From NCBI RefSeq assembly GCF_009734345.1, contig NZ_CP032551.1:600001-632000 (forward strand): a stretch of DNA of 32,000 nt, read 5' to 3'. Under the pieces are notes generated by a model. That model was not told the origin of the DNA, did no database searches, and worked only from the letters and a program-made list of their open reading frames with translations. Below, one piece after another: positions 9,518 through 17,337 of the stretch (the stretch's first letter is position 1; each line of letters begins with the position of its first letter). This DNA comes from Pseudidiomarina andamanensis (GTDB lineage: Bacteria > Pseudomonadota > Gammaproteobacteria > Enterobacterales > Alteromonadaceae). The position numbers and the translations under genes are program-made.

Positions 9518-10372
9518 ATGAAATATTTAGTTGGTTTGATCTTTGCCCTTGTCAGTTCATGTAGTTTCGCAAACGTGTTCTATAAGATTGAACATGAGTC
9601 ACAACCGACAGCTTATTTGTTTGGAACCATGCACATGGTTTGTCACGTTGATGCAAGCCTTCCTAGCGAAGTAACTTCAGCCTTTACAAATGCAAAACAG
9701 TTGGTTGTTGAAATAGATTTAACTGATAGCGCACAACAACGTTACTTACAGCAAAACGTGATGCAACAGCCAGCAGACTATTTACGGAAACATTTGACGG
9801 CTGAACAACTAACCAATTTGCGAGGCGTTGTCGAAAATGATCTGGGGTATCCGTATCAACAAATAAAAAGCCTGCGTCCGATCTTTATCAACGCCCTATT
9901 TCTGCAGCATTTTCTTGATTGTGACTCGCAGCCATTATTGCTGGATGAAATGCTCACACAACAAGCTCAAGTCAATTCAAAAGCCATTGTCGGACTAGAA
10001 ACGGTAGCCGAACAACTGGCGTTATTTGACAGTATATCGCTGCAAGAGCAAGTTCAGGCTTTGTATGAGATGGCGATGAATCCACAGCAAAATCGTGACG
10101 ATCTACAAGAACTGCAATCAGTTTATCTTAATGACGATAGTGATAAATTGTACGAAGTAATGCGTAGCCAAGCCGATTTTGACACGTTTGAGCAAGCGTT
10201 TTTAAGCCAGCGCAATAAAAACTGGGTTACTGAGTTGCCAAAATTAATCGCCTCGCAACCAACATTTATCGCCGTTGGTGCGGGACATTTATCCGGTACC
10301 GATGGTTTATTGACGTTATTACGCCAACAGGGTTACGAAATCACCCCAATTCCAATTAATTTTATTCGCTAG
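9518..10372 (+). CDS. TraB/GumN family protein (Tiki-like putative metalloprotease fold), probably lipoprotein or secreted
   Basis: The SD GGAG lies 7 nt upstream. The N-terminus MKYLVGLIFALVSSCSFA has a lipobox-like V-S-S-C. The family-typical motifs LFGTMHM and FIAVGAGHLSG are present. Confidence 0.85.
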   Translation: MKYLVGLIFALVSSCSFANVFYKIEHESQPTAYLFGTMHMVCHVDASLPSEVTSAFTNAKQLVVEIDLTDSAQQRYLQQNVMQQPADYLRKHLTAEQLTNLRGVVENDLGYPYQQIKSLRPIFINALFLQHFLDCDSQPLLLDEMLTQQAQVNSKAIVGLETVAEQLALFDSISLQEQVQALYEMAMNPQQNRDDLQELQSVYLNDDSDKLYEVMRSQADFDTFEQAFLSQRNKNWVTELPKLIASQPTFIAVGAGHLSGTDGLLTLLRQQGYEITPIPINFIR

Positions 10373-10443
10373 CAATAACGTGACAAGGCATGGCGTACGA
10401 CGCGTACAGTGGTATCATGGGCGCCATATAAGGGAGATTACCT

Positions 10444-12357
10444 ATGCGCATTGCTGCTGCAGCATTACAACCAAAGATTAACGAATGGGCGGGTCAACGC
10501 CCTACCGTCACGTCACCAAGCGCCCTAGTTGGCCAACAACGCGCCTTATCGGCTCTACAGCAGGCTTTAAGCACCGCTGGACGTTATGCCCACGGCTTCG
10601 TGGTTACGCCAGCTGGTATGCGTACTTATGACGTTCTTAATGAAGTCGAATCGAAGCAACAATGGCTTCACGCGGATAAGTTTGATTGGGTCTATGTAGC
10701 AAACCCTGAATCGGCAATTGAGCCACTGTGCGTTAATTTGCCGTACGGCAAGGCAAACGATTTTTTAGTGAAATTGTGGGAACTGCTGCAAGCTGATGTG
10801 TCGGTGCGCGGGCCATTACGAGATTTTATTGTTGAAGCCTTTCCAAGTGAACGCGTTGCTAATTATATCGAACTCGTCATTGATAAAACATTCGATGATT
10901 TGCCTGGTTCAGAATTAGCAACGGTTATTGTATCTCACAAAGAAAATGAACCGTTCATGTTGTGCGATCGGGTCACGGAAGCAAGTCTTTTCGGAAGTAT
11001 TCGGTTGCAGAGTGTTGAAGGTACGATTTCGTCCGACTTGCATCTCATTGAGGCCGGTGCAGTTTTGAAAGCAAATGGTGGCGTACTTGCCATTGACGCT
11101 GAGGAACTACTAATCCAGCCGGGATTATGGCGTAAATTAAAGTACATTTTGCGCACGAGCGAATTTCACTGGCCGCAACCCGGCGACGCAAACATCGCAG
11201 CGTATTATCAGCCGGAACCTATTCCGGTTCACATTAAGGTGTTATTGCTTGGTGAGCGTGATATTTATGCACAGCTACGCGACATCGACCGTGATTTCGA
11301 TAACTTATTCCCATATTTAGCTGATTTCTCGAGCCACTATTCGTTACAAAATGAGCCACTAGCACCCTACTTTGATTATCTTAGTTATGTTGAACGGGAA
11401 TCGGCAGTATTGCCTTTGGCTGCTGATGCCTATGCCGCGCTATTTAAATTTGTGACACGCATTACTGACTTTCAAACCGAATTATCTCTCGATACCATTG
11501 CCATCATGCAGCTCATGCGTGAGGCCTGTGCCATTGCTCAAGTTTCAGGAAGCCAAGAAATTTCGGCTGATCATTTACAACAGGCGTTAAAGCAGCGTCA
11601 TGAGCGCGATGGCTATATTGCGGAGTTAAGTCGCCGAGCGATTCTTGAAGGCCAGGTTTATATTGCTACCCAGGGTGAAGTTATTGGCCAAATTAATGGG
11701 TTGACAGTGATTACCGCAGGCGGCCATGAATTTGGTGAGCCAACGCGAATAACTGCAACAGTTCATTATGGTGACGGCGATATTATCGATATTGATAGAA
11801 AGTCAGAACTTAGCGGTAGTATTCATACAAAAGGTGTGATGATTTTAAGTGCCTATATTGCCAACGTATTCGCGCGTAATGAAGCGATGGCATTGTCCGC
11901 GACAATCGTTTTTGAACAGTCATATCATGAAGTTGATGGCGACAGTGCGTCGCTTGCTGAGCTCTGCTGTTTATTATCAGCGCTCGCAGAGGCTCCGATT
12001 CAACAAGGCTTAGCGATTACCGGTGCAGTTGACCAATTCGGTCGTGTGCAAGCCATTGGCGCAGTTAACGAGAAAATTGAAGGCTACTTCGAACTGTGTC
12101 GAACCCGTGGTCTAAGTGGTAAACAGGGCGTGATTATTCCTGCAGCCAACTTGAGTCAACTCAATCTTTCAGATGAAGTCATTCACGCTGTAGCTGACGA
12201 AAAGTTTCATGTGTACGCCATTGATCACGTAGGTGAAGCACTTGAATTACTGACACAAACTGAGCAAAAACAGTTATATGCTCGCATTGAGCAACGCTTA
12301 AACGAACTGCAACAAATTGAACGAGAAGTGCCGTTGTGGCGTCGTTGGTTTAGCTAA
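10444..12357 (+). CDS. lonH: Lon-like S16 protease homolog (YcbZ/LonH-type) with a degenerate AAA+ P-loop
   Basis: It has a strong SD (AAGGGAG). The C-terminal Lon proteolytic domain reads GQINGLTV...VDGDSASLAELCCLLSAL...AIGAVNEKIEGYF. It lies immediately upstream of fabA, as ycbZ does in E. coli. The expected Walker A position reads TPAGMRTY. Confidence 0.85.
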   Translation: MRIAAAALQPKINEWAGQRPTVTSPSALVGQQRALSALQQALSTAGRYAHGFVVTPAGMRTYDVLNEVESKQQWLHADKFDWVYVANPESAIEPLCVNLPYGKANDFLVKLWELLQADVSVRGPLRDFIVEAFPSERVANYIELVIDKTFDDLPGSELATVIVSHKENEPFMLCDRVTEASLFGSIRLQSVEGTISSDLHLIEAGAVLKANGGVLAIDAEELLIQPGLWRKLKYILRTSEFHWPQPGDANIAAYYQPEPIPVHIKVLLLGERDIYAQLRDIDRDFDNLFPYLADFSSHYSLQNEPLAPYFDYLSYVERESAVLPLAADAYAALFKFVTRITDFQTELSLDTIAIMQLMREACAIAQVSGSQEISADHLQQALKQRHERDGYIAELSRRAILEGQVYIATQGEVIGQINGLTVITAGGHEFGEPTRITATVHYGDGDIIDIDRKSELSGSIHTKGVMILSAYIANVFARNEAMALSATIVFEQSYHEVDGDSASLAELCCLLSALAEAPIQQGLAITGAVDQFGRVQAIGAVNEKIEGYFELCRTRGLSGKQGVIIPAANLSQLNLSDEVIHAVADEKFHVYAIDHVGEALELLTQTEQKQLYARIEQRLNELQQIEREVPLWRRWFS

Positions 12358-12360
12358 AAA

Positions 12361-12377
12361 TACTTGTCGGACTTGTT
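12361..12377 (+). promoter_or_regulatory. FadR-type operator upstream of fabA
   Basis: TACTTGTCGGACTTGTT matches, at about 14 of 17 positions, the E. coli fabA FadR site as I recall it (AACTGATCGGACTTGTT). It has the same position relative to the adjacent FabR-type palindrome. Confidence 0.6.
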
Positions 12378-12378
12378 A

Positions 12379-12396
12379 AGCGTACACGTGTTCGCT
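12379..12396 (+). promoter_or_regulatory. FabR-type palindromic operator upstream of fabA
   Basis: AGCGTACACGTGTTCGCT is a near-perfect palindrome (AGCGnACACGTGTnCGCT). It differs by one base from the E. coli fabA FabR site as I recall it. A possible -10 TAATCT follows. Confidence 0.6.
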
Positions 12397-12401
12397 AATC
12401 T

Positions 12402-12431
12402 AGCGCCTATCTGTCTCACTCGATAGGCGCT
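12402..12431 (+). other. perfect 10-bp inverted repeat between the fabA operators and the fabA start codon
   Basis: AGCGCCTATC-N10-GATAGGCGCT. No T-run follows it. Confidence 0.5.
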
Positions 12432-12465
12432 GCACTTGTGTAACGCAACACTCAACAAGGTATTT

Positions 12466-12978
12466 ATGAAACAATCTAGCTTTACTCGTGAAGAACTACT
12501 CGCATGCGGTCGGGGCGAAATGTTTGGTCCAGGCAATAGCCAACTCCCCGCTCCTAACATGCTAATGATGGATCGCGTGGTCGAAATCACTGAAGACGGC
12601 GGCGCTTATGGCAAGGGTTTTATTCACGCGGAGTTGGATATCACACCTGATTTGTGGTTCTTCGATTGCCATTTTATTGGTGACCCAGTGATGCCTGGCT
12701 GTTTAGGTCTCGATGCCATGTGGCAGCTTACTGGTTTCTTCCTCGCTTGCCTCGGTGGACCAGGTCGTGGTCGTGCACTTGGTGTCGGTGAAGTTAAATT
12801 CACTGGTCAAATTCTTCCTACAGCGAAAAAAGTCAGTTATTTCATTGACATGAAGCGCGTATTAAAACGCTCATTGTATATGGGTATTGCGGATGGCCGC
12901 GTTGAAGTTGATGGCAAAACCATCTACACCGCGAAAGATCTGAAGGTTGGGTTGTTTACTGACACCTCAACATTCTAA
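12466..12978 (+). CDS. fabA: 3-hydroxydecanoyl-ACP dehydratase / trans-2-decenoyl-ACP isomerase FabA
   Basis: [38 protein letters not shown]...[24 protein letters not shown]...[11 protein letters not shown] is near-collinear with E. coli FabA. I prefer the ATG at 12466 (AAGG 7-10 nt upstream) over the track's TTG start at 12436. Confidence 0.95.
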   Translation: MKQSSFTREELLACGRGEMFGPGNSQLPAPNMLMMDRVVEITEDGGAYGKGFIHAELDITPDLWFFDCHFIGDPVMPGCLGLDAMWQLTGFFLACLGGPGRGRALGVGEVKFTGQILPTAKKVSYFIDMKRVLKRSLYMGIADGRVEVDGKTIYTAKDLKVGLFTDTSTF

Positions 12979-12993
12979 TTAGCTTTAGACGTT

Positions 12994-13021
12994 AAAAAGC
13001 CCGCGCTGCGGGCTTTTTTTA
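12994..13021. terminator. bidirectional rho-independent terminator between convergent fabA and rmf
   Basis: AAAAAGCCCGC-GCTG-CGGGCTTTTTTT is a GC-rich stem flanked by an A-run and a T-run. Confidence 0.85.
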
Positions 13022-13042
13022 TAATTTTTATATTGCGGGTTG

Positions 13043-13216
13043 TTAGCGGAATAAACCACCGCCTCGCGCTTCCATGGCATCTCGCCAACCGCCTAACCAC
13101 TGTGACCGTATATCTTGATTCTGGTAGGGACATAGTTCTTTTGAACGACCAGATACTCCGGCTTTAAACCCCTGTGCATGCGCACGTTCTAGGCGATCGC
13201 GTTTTTGTCGTTTCAT
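13043..13216 (-). CDS. rmf: ribosome modulation factor Rmf (57 aa)
   Basis: It is not in the ORF track (under 60 aa). Reverse-strand translation gives MKRQKRDRLERAHAQGFKAGVSGRSKELCPYQNQDIRSQWLGGWRDAMEARGGGLFR, which closely matches E. coli Rmf. The SD GAGGA is upstream, and it sits next to fabA as in E. coli. Confidence 0.92.
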   Translation of the reverse strand: MKRQKRDRLERAHAQGFKAGVSGRSKELCPYQNQDIRSQWLGGWRDAMEARGGGLFR

Positions 13217-13348
13217 AATGCACTTCCTCGTCCAGTTTTTGTTCGTTTAATTTTGAAAAAGAGCGCCGAACAATTTTCTCAAAGAGAATTCTTAATTTTT
13301 TATGACGCTCTTGTTTAATAGATAGCAATTCTGGACGGGAGTTCAAAT

Positions 13349-13403
13349 GAAAAAAACGGCGTATTTCGAAACGACTTTTTAAGTCGATGAAAATACGCCG
13401 TTT
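13349..13403 (-). terminator. terminator after the HAF-repeat protein gene
   Basis: There are perfect 13-bp arms AAACGGCGTATTT (13354-13366) and AAATACGCCGTTT (13391-13403). The 24-nt loop contains an inner CGAC/GTCG hairpin. A T-run follows on the minus strand. Confidence 0.6.
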
Positions 13404-13437
13404 ATTAATTATTGGCTACTTAGAATAACTTGTTTAG

Positions 13438-15189
13438 TTAGCTTATAAATTTGCGTCTAAGTGTAATAAGACCACCAATCAATAACATACAAGCGATACT
13501 CCACGGCGTGGTCGCTGCACCTTGGCGTACAACTTTATCTTCGTCGCTTGTACAGCCCGTAAACTCACCACTTTCAGGGTTCAGAATGAGCGACTCGGCA
13601 ACCTGCTCAGTTTGAACATCACCATTTTCATCGGTGTACTCACGTTCTGCTGTAGCGGTAACCAAAATTTGGTTTTGCTCATTAATCGACTCGGCAGACA
13701 CAATGAAGTATTCAGAGTCGCAACCAATCGCTTCGTTTAGATTGACCAAACCTTGTTCCGGATTGTTCAAATCAAAGTAATAACCTACTCGACGACGCGC
13801 TGAATCAATCTGTGTATCGATTTCGGCGCTACCGACAATAATTCCTTGGTTGTTGATTGCTTTTGGATAAGTCGCCGAGCCAGTGAACAGAGTTGGCAGG
13901 GTCGTAAATGTGTCATCTTGAACTGAATAACTGAACGGAACCGCACGACGTGATCCTTGAATATTCTGCAGCACATAGCCAATTGCGATATCGTTATCGT
14001 TAATATCGGTGGCCGCGCCCCATAAATATTCTTCACTTGTGGTCACTGCGCGAGTTTCGCCATTGATAAAAATGGCTGGCATTTTAATACGGCCGCCAAC
14101 TACAGGCTCCTCACCATAGTAAGTCCAACTTTGACCAACGGCGATATCATTATTGTTAACGGCATAGGCGTAAGTAGACCAATGAAAGTCATCAGCCTCT
14201 AGGCGTTCCATCAATGGAGCATACGTGGTCTCGCTAATGACTGCGCCTTGCGCATCTAACTGCCAAACGGTTGCATGCATATCATAAATTGAACCATTGG
14301 TGGCCAACTGCGAACCATTAAATGAACTTAAGTTGCTAGCTGTACCGCCCTGATATGTGTGCCAAGCGCCCCATACACAAGTATAAAGTGTGGTAGACGA
14401 CGATGGCTCTGAAGTTGATTCAGTACAGGTATCAATGCGCGTTTGCGCTTGCGGTGTCACTGCGACGCTTTGAAAACCAACGGCTACGTTATTTTCATTG
14501 ATATCAAACAGACCTGACTCACCACCTAAGATAGATTGTTCAGCCGGTGCAAGTAATTGCTGATTTGTGCCGTCGTACCACAACGCTCGGCTGGTAAATT
14601 CGCGCGTGGCGTAATTGATAGTTACTGGCTCAGGCGTATCACCGCCCTCTTGTGCTTCGGGTTGGAAAGTATGGTCAAAACGCGTATATGGTGCGCTTGC
14701 GATACCAACGCGAATGTTATTTTGATTTAGCCCAAGAAATTGATGATCAGCCGAGTTCAGCTGGCTAGATGCACCGTTTCCAGCACTGTTTAATAAGGCT
14801 GGTAAAGCAACAGTTTGACCGTCATAGTCGCCGGCAAAGTTAACTGCCAAGCGTAAGGTAGTCAGCGAGCCATTGACTCGGTCCTCAAGACGTCGAACCA
14901 ATGCAATATATTGTTGGTAAGTGAGTTCATCGGTGGCTGGATCAAATTCAGGTGGGATACCAGCTTCTACCAATAGCGAATCACTTATCAAATCGAAATT
15001 AATATCGGCAGCCAGAGGTAGACGCATGTGTAAAGCTGCCAAGCCTTGGTCATTCAGCGCGACACCGTAGGTATTTTGAACTGATTCCGGCGTTACAATT
15101 GGTTGTACTGTATAGTTCTGTGCCGCAGCAACGCCACTTAGTGAGGCTGCAACGGTTGCGACTAATAGACGGGTTTTAAACTGTTTCAT
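13438..15189 (-). CDS. secreted HAF-type repeat protein (DUF3466-like, 583 aa) with a C-terminal TM helix and basic tail
   Basis: It has a signal peptide (MKQFKTRLLVATVAASLSGVAAA|Q). About seven spaced repeats of the (I/V/L)N(N/D/E)xxxx(V/I)G type are present (LNQNNIRVG, INENNVAVG, VNNNDIAVG, INDNDIAIG, INNQGIIVG, and others). The extreme C-terminus reads PWSIACMLLIGGLITLRRKFIS. Confidence 0.8.
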   Translation of the reverse strand: MKQFKTRLLVATVAASLSGVAAAQNYTVQPIVTPESVQNTYGVALNDQGLAALHMRLPLAADINFDLISDSLLVEAGIPPEFDPATDELTYQQYIALVRRLEDRVNGSLTTLRLAVNFAGDYDGQTVALPALLNSAGNGASSQLNSADHQFLGLNQNNIRVGIASAPYTRFDHTFQPEAQEGGDTPEPVTINYATREFTSRALWYDGTNQQLLAPAEQSILGGESGLFDINENNVAVGFQSVAVTPQAQTRIDTCTESTSEPSSSTTLYTCVWGAWHTYQGGTASNLSSFNGSQLATNGSIYDMHATVWQLDAQGAVISETTYAPLMERLEADDFHWSTYAYAVNNNDIAVGQSWTYYGEEPVVGGRIKMPAIFINGETRAVTTSEEYLWGAATDINDNDIAIGYVLQNIQGSRRAVPFSYSVQDDTFTTLPTLFTGSATYPKAINNQGIIVGSAEIDTQIDSARRRVGYYFDLNNPEQGLVNLNEAIGCDSEYFIVSAESINEQNQILVTATAEREYTDENGDVQTEQVAESLILNPESGEFTGCTSDEDKVVRQGAATTPWSIACMLLIGGLITLRRKFIS

Positions 15190-15196
15190 AGATGGC

Positions 15197-17104
15197 TTAA
15201 CTGCTCTCTTGTTGTAAATTCTCTAATTCATCCCAGCGCTCTAAAGCTTCCATCAGCTCATTTTCTAACGCCCCTAAGCGCTCTAAAACAGGAGCTGTAA
15301 CGGTATGTGGCTGATTATAAAAATCTGGGTCGTTCGTTTGTTGTTCTAATTGTTCTTGCTCTTGCTCAAGTGCTGCTATACGTTCCGGAAGCATATCTAA
15401 TTCGCGCTGCAACTTGTAGGATAACTTTTTCTTTGGCTCAGAAGAACCCCGAGGCTTTGATTCTGGCTTGTCTGACCGAGCTTCAAGCGCTTTAGTTCCC
15501 TGCTTTTCATTGAGATAGTGATTAATTTCAGTAAAGCCACCAAATATTTCGGTAATGGCTCCGTGACCTTCGAACAACAATACGCTAGTTGCCGTATTAT
15601 CTACAAATTCACGGTCGTGACTAACAAGAATCACGGTACCTTGATAATCCGCTACAATTTGTTCCAATAACTCCAACGTATCAATATCTAAATCGTTAGT
15701 TGGTTCGTCGAGGATTAAAAAATTACTAGGCTGAAGGAATAGCCGAGCTAATAATGCACGATTTCTCTCACCGCCTGACAACGCCTTAACCGGCGTGCGA
15801 GCTTGTTTCGGGGAAAATAAAAAGTCTTGTAAGTAGCTTAAGATATGCCGTGTTTTGCCGTTATATGTAACATCTTGCTTGCCATCACCAATGTTTTCGG
15901 CAACGGTTAATTCAGGATTTAACTGCGCCCGATGCTGATCAAAGTAAGCGACCTCAAGGTTCGTGCCGCGTTTAACGATGCCAGAGTCTACCTCTTGTTG
16001 ACCTAACAGCACGCGAATTAATGTACTCTTGCCACAGCCGTTCGGCCCCACCAATGCCAGCTTATCGCCACGTTGCAAGGTCAAATTGAAGTCTTTGAGA
16101 ATAGTTTTGTCGCCAAAACTAAGTTGCAAGTTTTCGCCTTCAAACACCAACTTACCAGAACGATTCGCTTCTTGTACGGCAAGCTTGGCAGAACCTTGTT
16201 GCTCGCGTCGCGCTTGACGTTCTTTACGTAAGGCTTGAAGCGCTCTAACCCGTCCTTCATTGCGAGTACGGCGAGCTTTTACGCCCTCACGTATCCATGC
16301 CTCTTCTTGCGCTAATTTTTTATCGAATTCAGCGTTTTGATTCGCTTCAATCTCAAGCAGTTCTTGTTTTGCTGTAAGGTATTTATCGTAATTCCCTGGA
16401 AAGCTGGTCAAATTGCCGCGATCGAGATCGATAATACGTGTGGCGAGATTACGAATAAACGCACGATCGTGACTGATGAATAGCACAGCCCCACGAAACT
16501 CTCTCACCATAGACTCAAGCCAGGTCACCATTTCAACGTCTAAGTGGTTAGTTGGTTCATCCAGTAACAATAAATCGGGGTTTACAACCAACGCACGTGC
16601 CAGTGCAACGCGTCGCAACCAACCACCAGATAACGAATCCATGGTGGCATCTTCGGGAAGCTCAAGTTGGCTTAAGATGCTTTCAATGCGTGATTGTAAT
16701 TGCCAGCCGTCCGCCGCTTCAATTGCAGTTTGCAACGTGGCCATACGTTGCAAAATAGTATCACTATCAGGCCGGTCATTTAGTTCAAGTAAAGCGTGAT
16801 GGTATTGTTGAAGTGTTGCACCAATATCCGCCAAACCCTCTGCCACATAGTCATAGACCGATTGTGAGGAATTTGCAGGCGGATCTTGTGGCAATCGAGC
16901 AACAACCGTATCGCCAACAACCTGAACTTCGCCATCATCAAGCAATACCTCGCCGGCAATTACCTTTAATAATGTTGATTTGCCAGCCCCATTACGACCG
17001 ACAATACATACGCGCTCACCCGATTCGATAACTAGGTCTGCATGATCAAGAATGGGATCGTTACCAAATGCGAGTTGTGCTTGATGTAAACGAACTAAAT
17101 TCAT
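15197..17104 (-). CDS. uup: ABC-F family ATPase Uup
   Basis: It has two ABC cassettes (GRNGAGKST / LSGGWLRR and GPNGCGKST / LSGGERNR), an inter-domain linker and a C-terminal coiled-coil. It lies downstream of rlmL, as in E. coli. Confidence 0.93.
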   Translation of the reverse strand: MNLVRLHQAQLAFGNDPILDHADLVIESGERVCIVGRNGAGKSTLLKVIAGEVLLDDGEVQVVGDTVVARLPQDPPANSSQSVYDYVAEGLADIGATLQQYHHALLELNDRPDSDTILQRMATLQTAIEAADGWQLQSRIESILSQLELPEDATMDSLSGGWLRRVALARALVVNPDLLLLDEPTNHLDVEMVTWLESMVREFRGAVLFISHDRAFIRNLATRIIDLDRGNLTSFPGNYDKYLTAKQELLEIEANQNAEFDKKLAQEEAWIREGVKARRTRNEGRVRALQALRKERQARREQQGSAKLAVQEANRSGKLVFEGENLQLSFGDKTILKDFNLTLQRGDKLALVGPNGCGKSTLIRVLLGQQEVDSGIVKRGTNLEVAYFDQHRAQLNPELTVAENIGDGKQDVTYNGKTRHILSYLQDFLFSPKQARTPVKALSGGERNRALLARLFLQPSNFLILDEPTNDLDIDTLELLEQIVADYQGTVILVSHDREFVDNTATSVLLFEGHGAITEIFGGFTEINHYLNEKQGTKALEARSDKPESKPRGSSEPKKKLSYKLQRELDMLPERIAALEQEQEQLEQQTNDPDFYNQPHTVTAPVLERLGALENELMEALERWDELENLQQESS

Positions 17105-17337
17105 GTATTTAAAAAATCCTCTAGGGGTTGCTGAAACGGCCAGCGTAACTCGGCGTCATCGTGCGCACGAATTAATACCGGAATTAGCCAAGCATACTCT
17201 TGTTGTAGATCGTGTTGCTCACTGATATCAACGATGTGCAACCGAATTGGTTCCTCTGGCTGTGCCTGATGTAATAGCTTTAGCGCTTCATCACAGAGTG
17301 GACAATTCGGTTTCGTTAATAAATAAAAATCAGTCAC
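17101..17337 (-). CDS. glutaredoxin-like small protein (DUF836-type, CPLC motif)
   Basis: VTDFYLLTKPNCPLCDEALKLL...IPVLIRAHDDAELRWPFQ. I prefer the GTG at 17337, which overlaps the rlmL stop (GTGACTGA). The track's ATG at 17382 would overlap rlmL by 53 nt. The stop overlaps the uup start (ATGA). Confidence 0.7.
   Translation of the reverse strand: MTDFYLLTKPNCPLCDEALKLLHQAQPEEPIRLHIVDISEQHDLQQEYAWLIPVLIRAHDDAELRWPFQQPLEDFLNT

Noticed and set aside
12436-12465. Upstream TTG start for fabA proposed by the ORF track.
   Set aside because: The ATG at 12466 gives an N-terminus collinear with E. coli FabA and has an AAGG SD. The TTG extension would start inside or right after the hairpin and adds non-conserved residues.
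16476-16799. 107-aa and 68-aa ORFs antisense to uup, and 112-aa and 78-aa ORFs (18709-19047) antisense to rlmL.
   Set aside because: They are embedded in well-supported genes, have low-complexity translations and show no independent signals.
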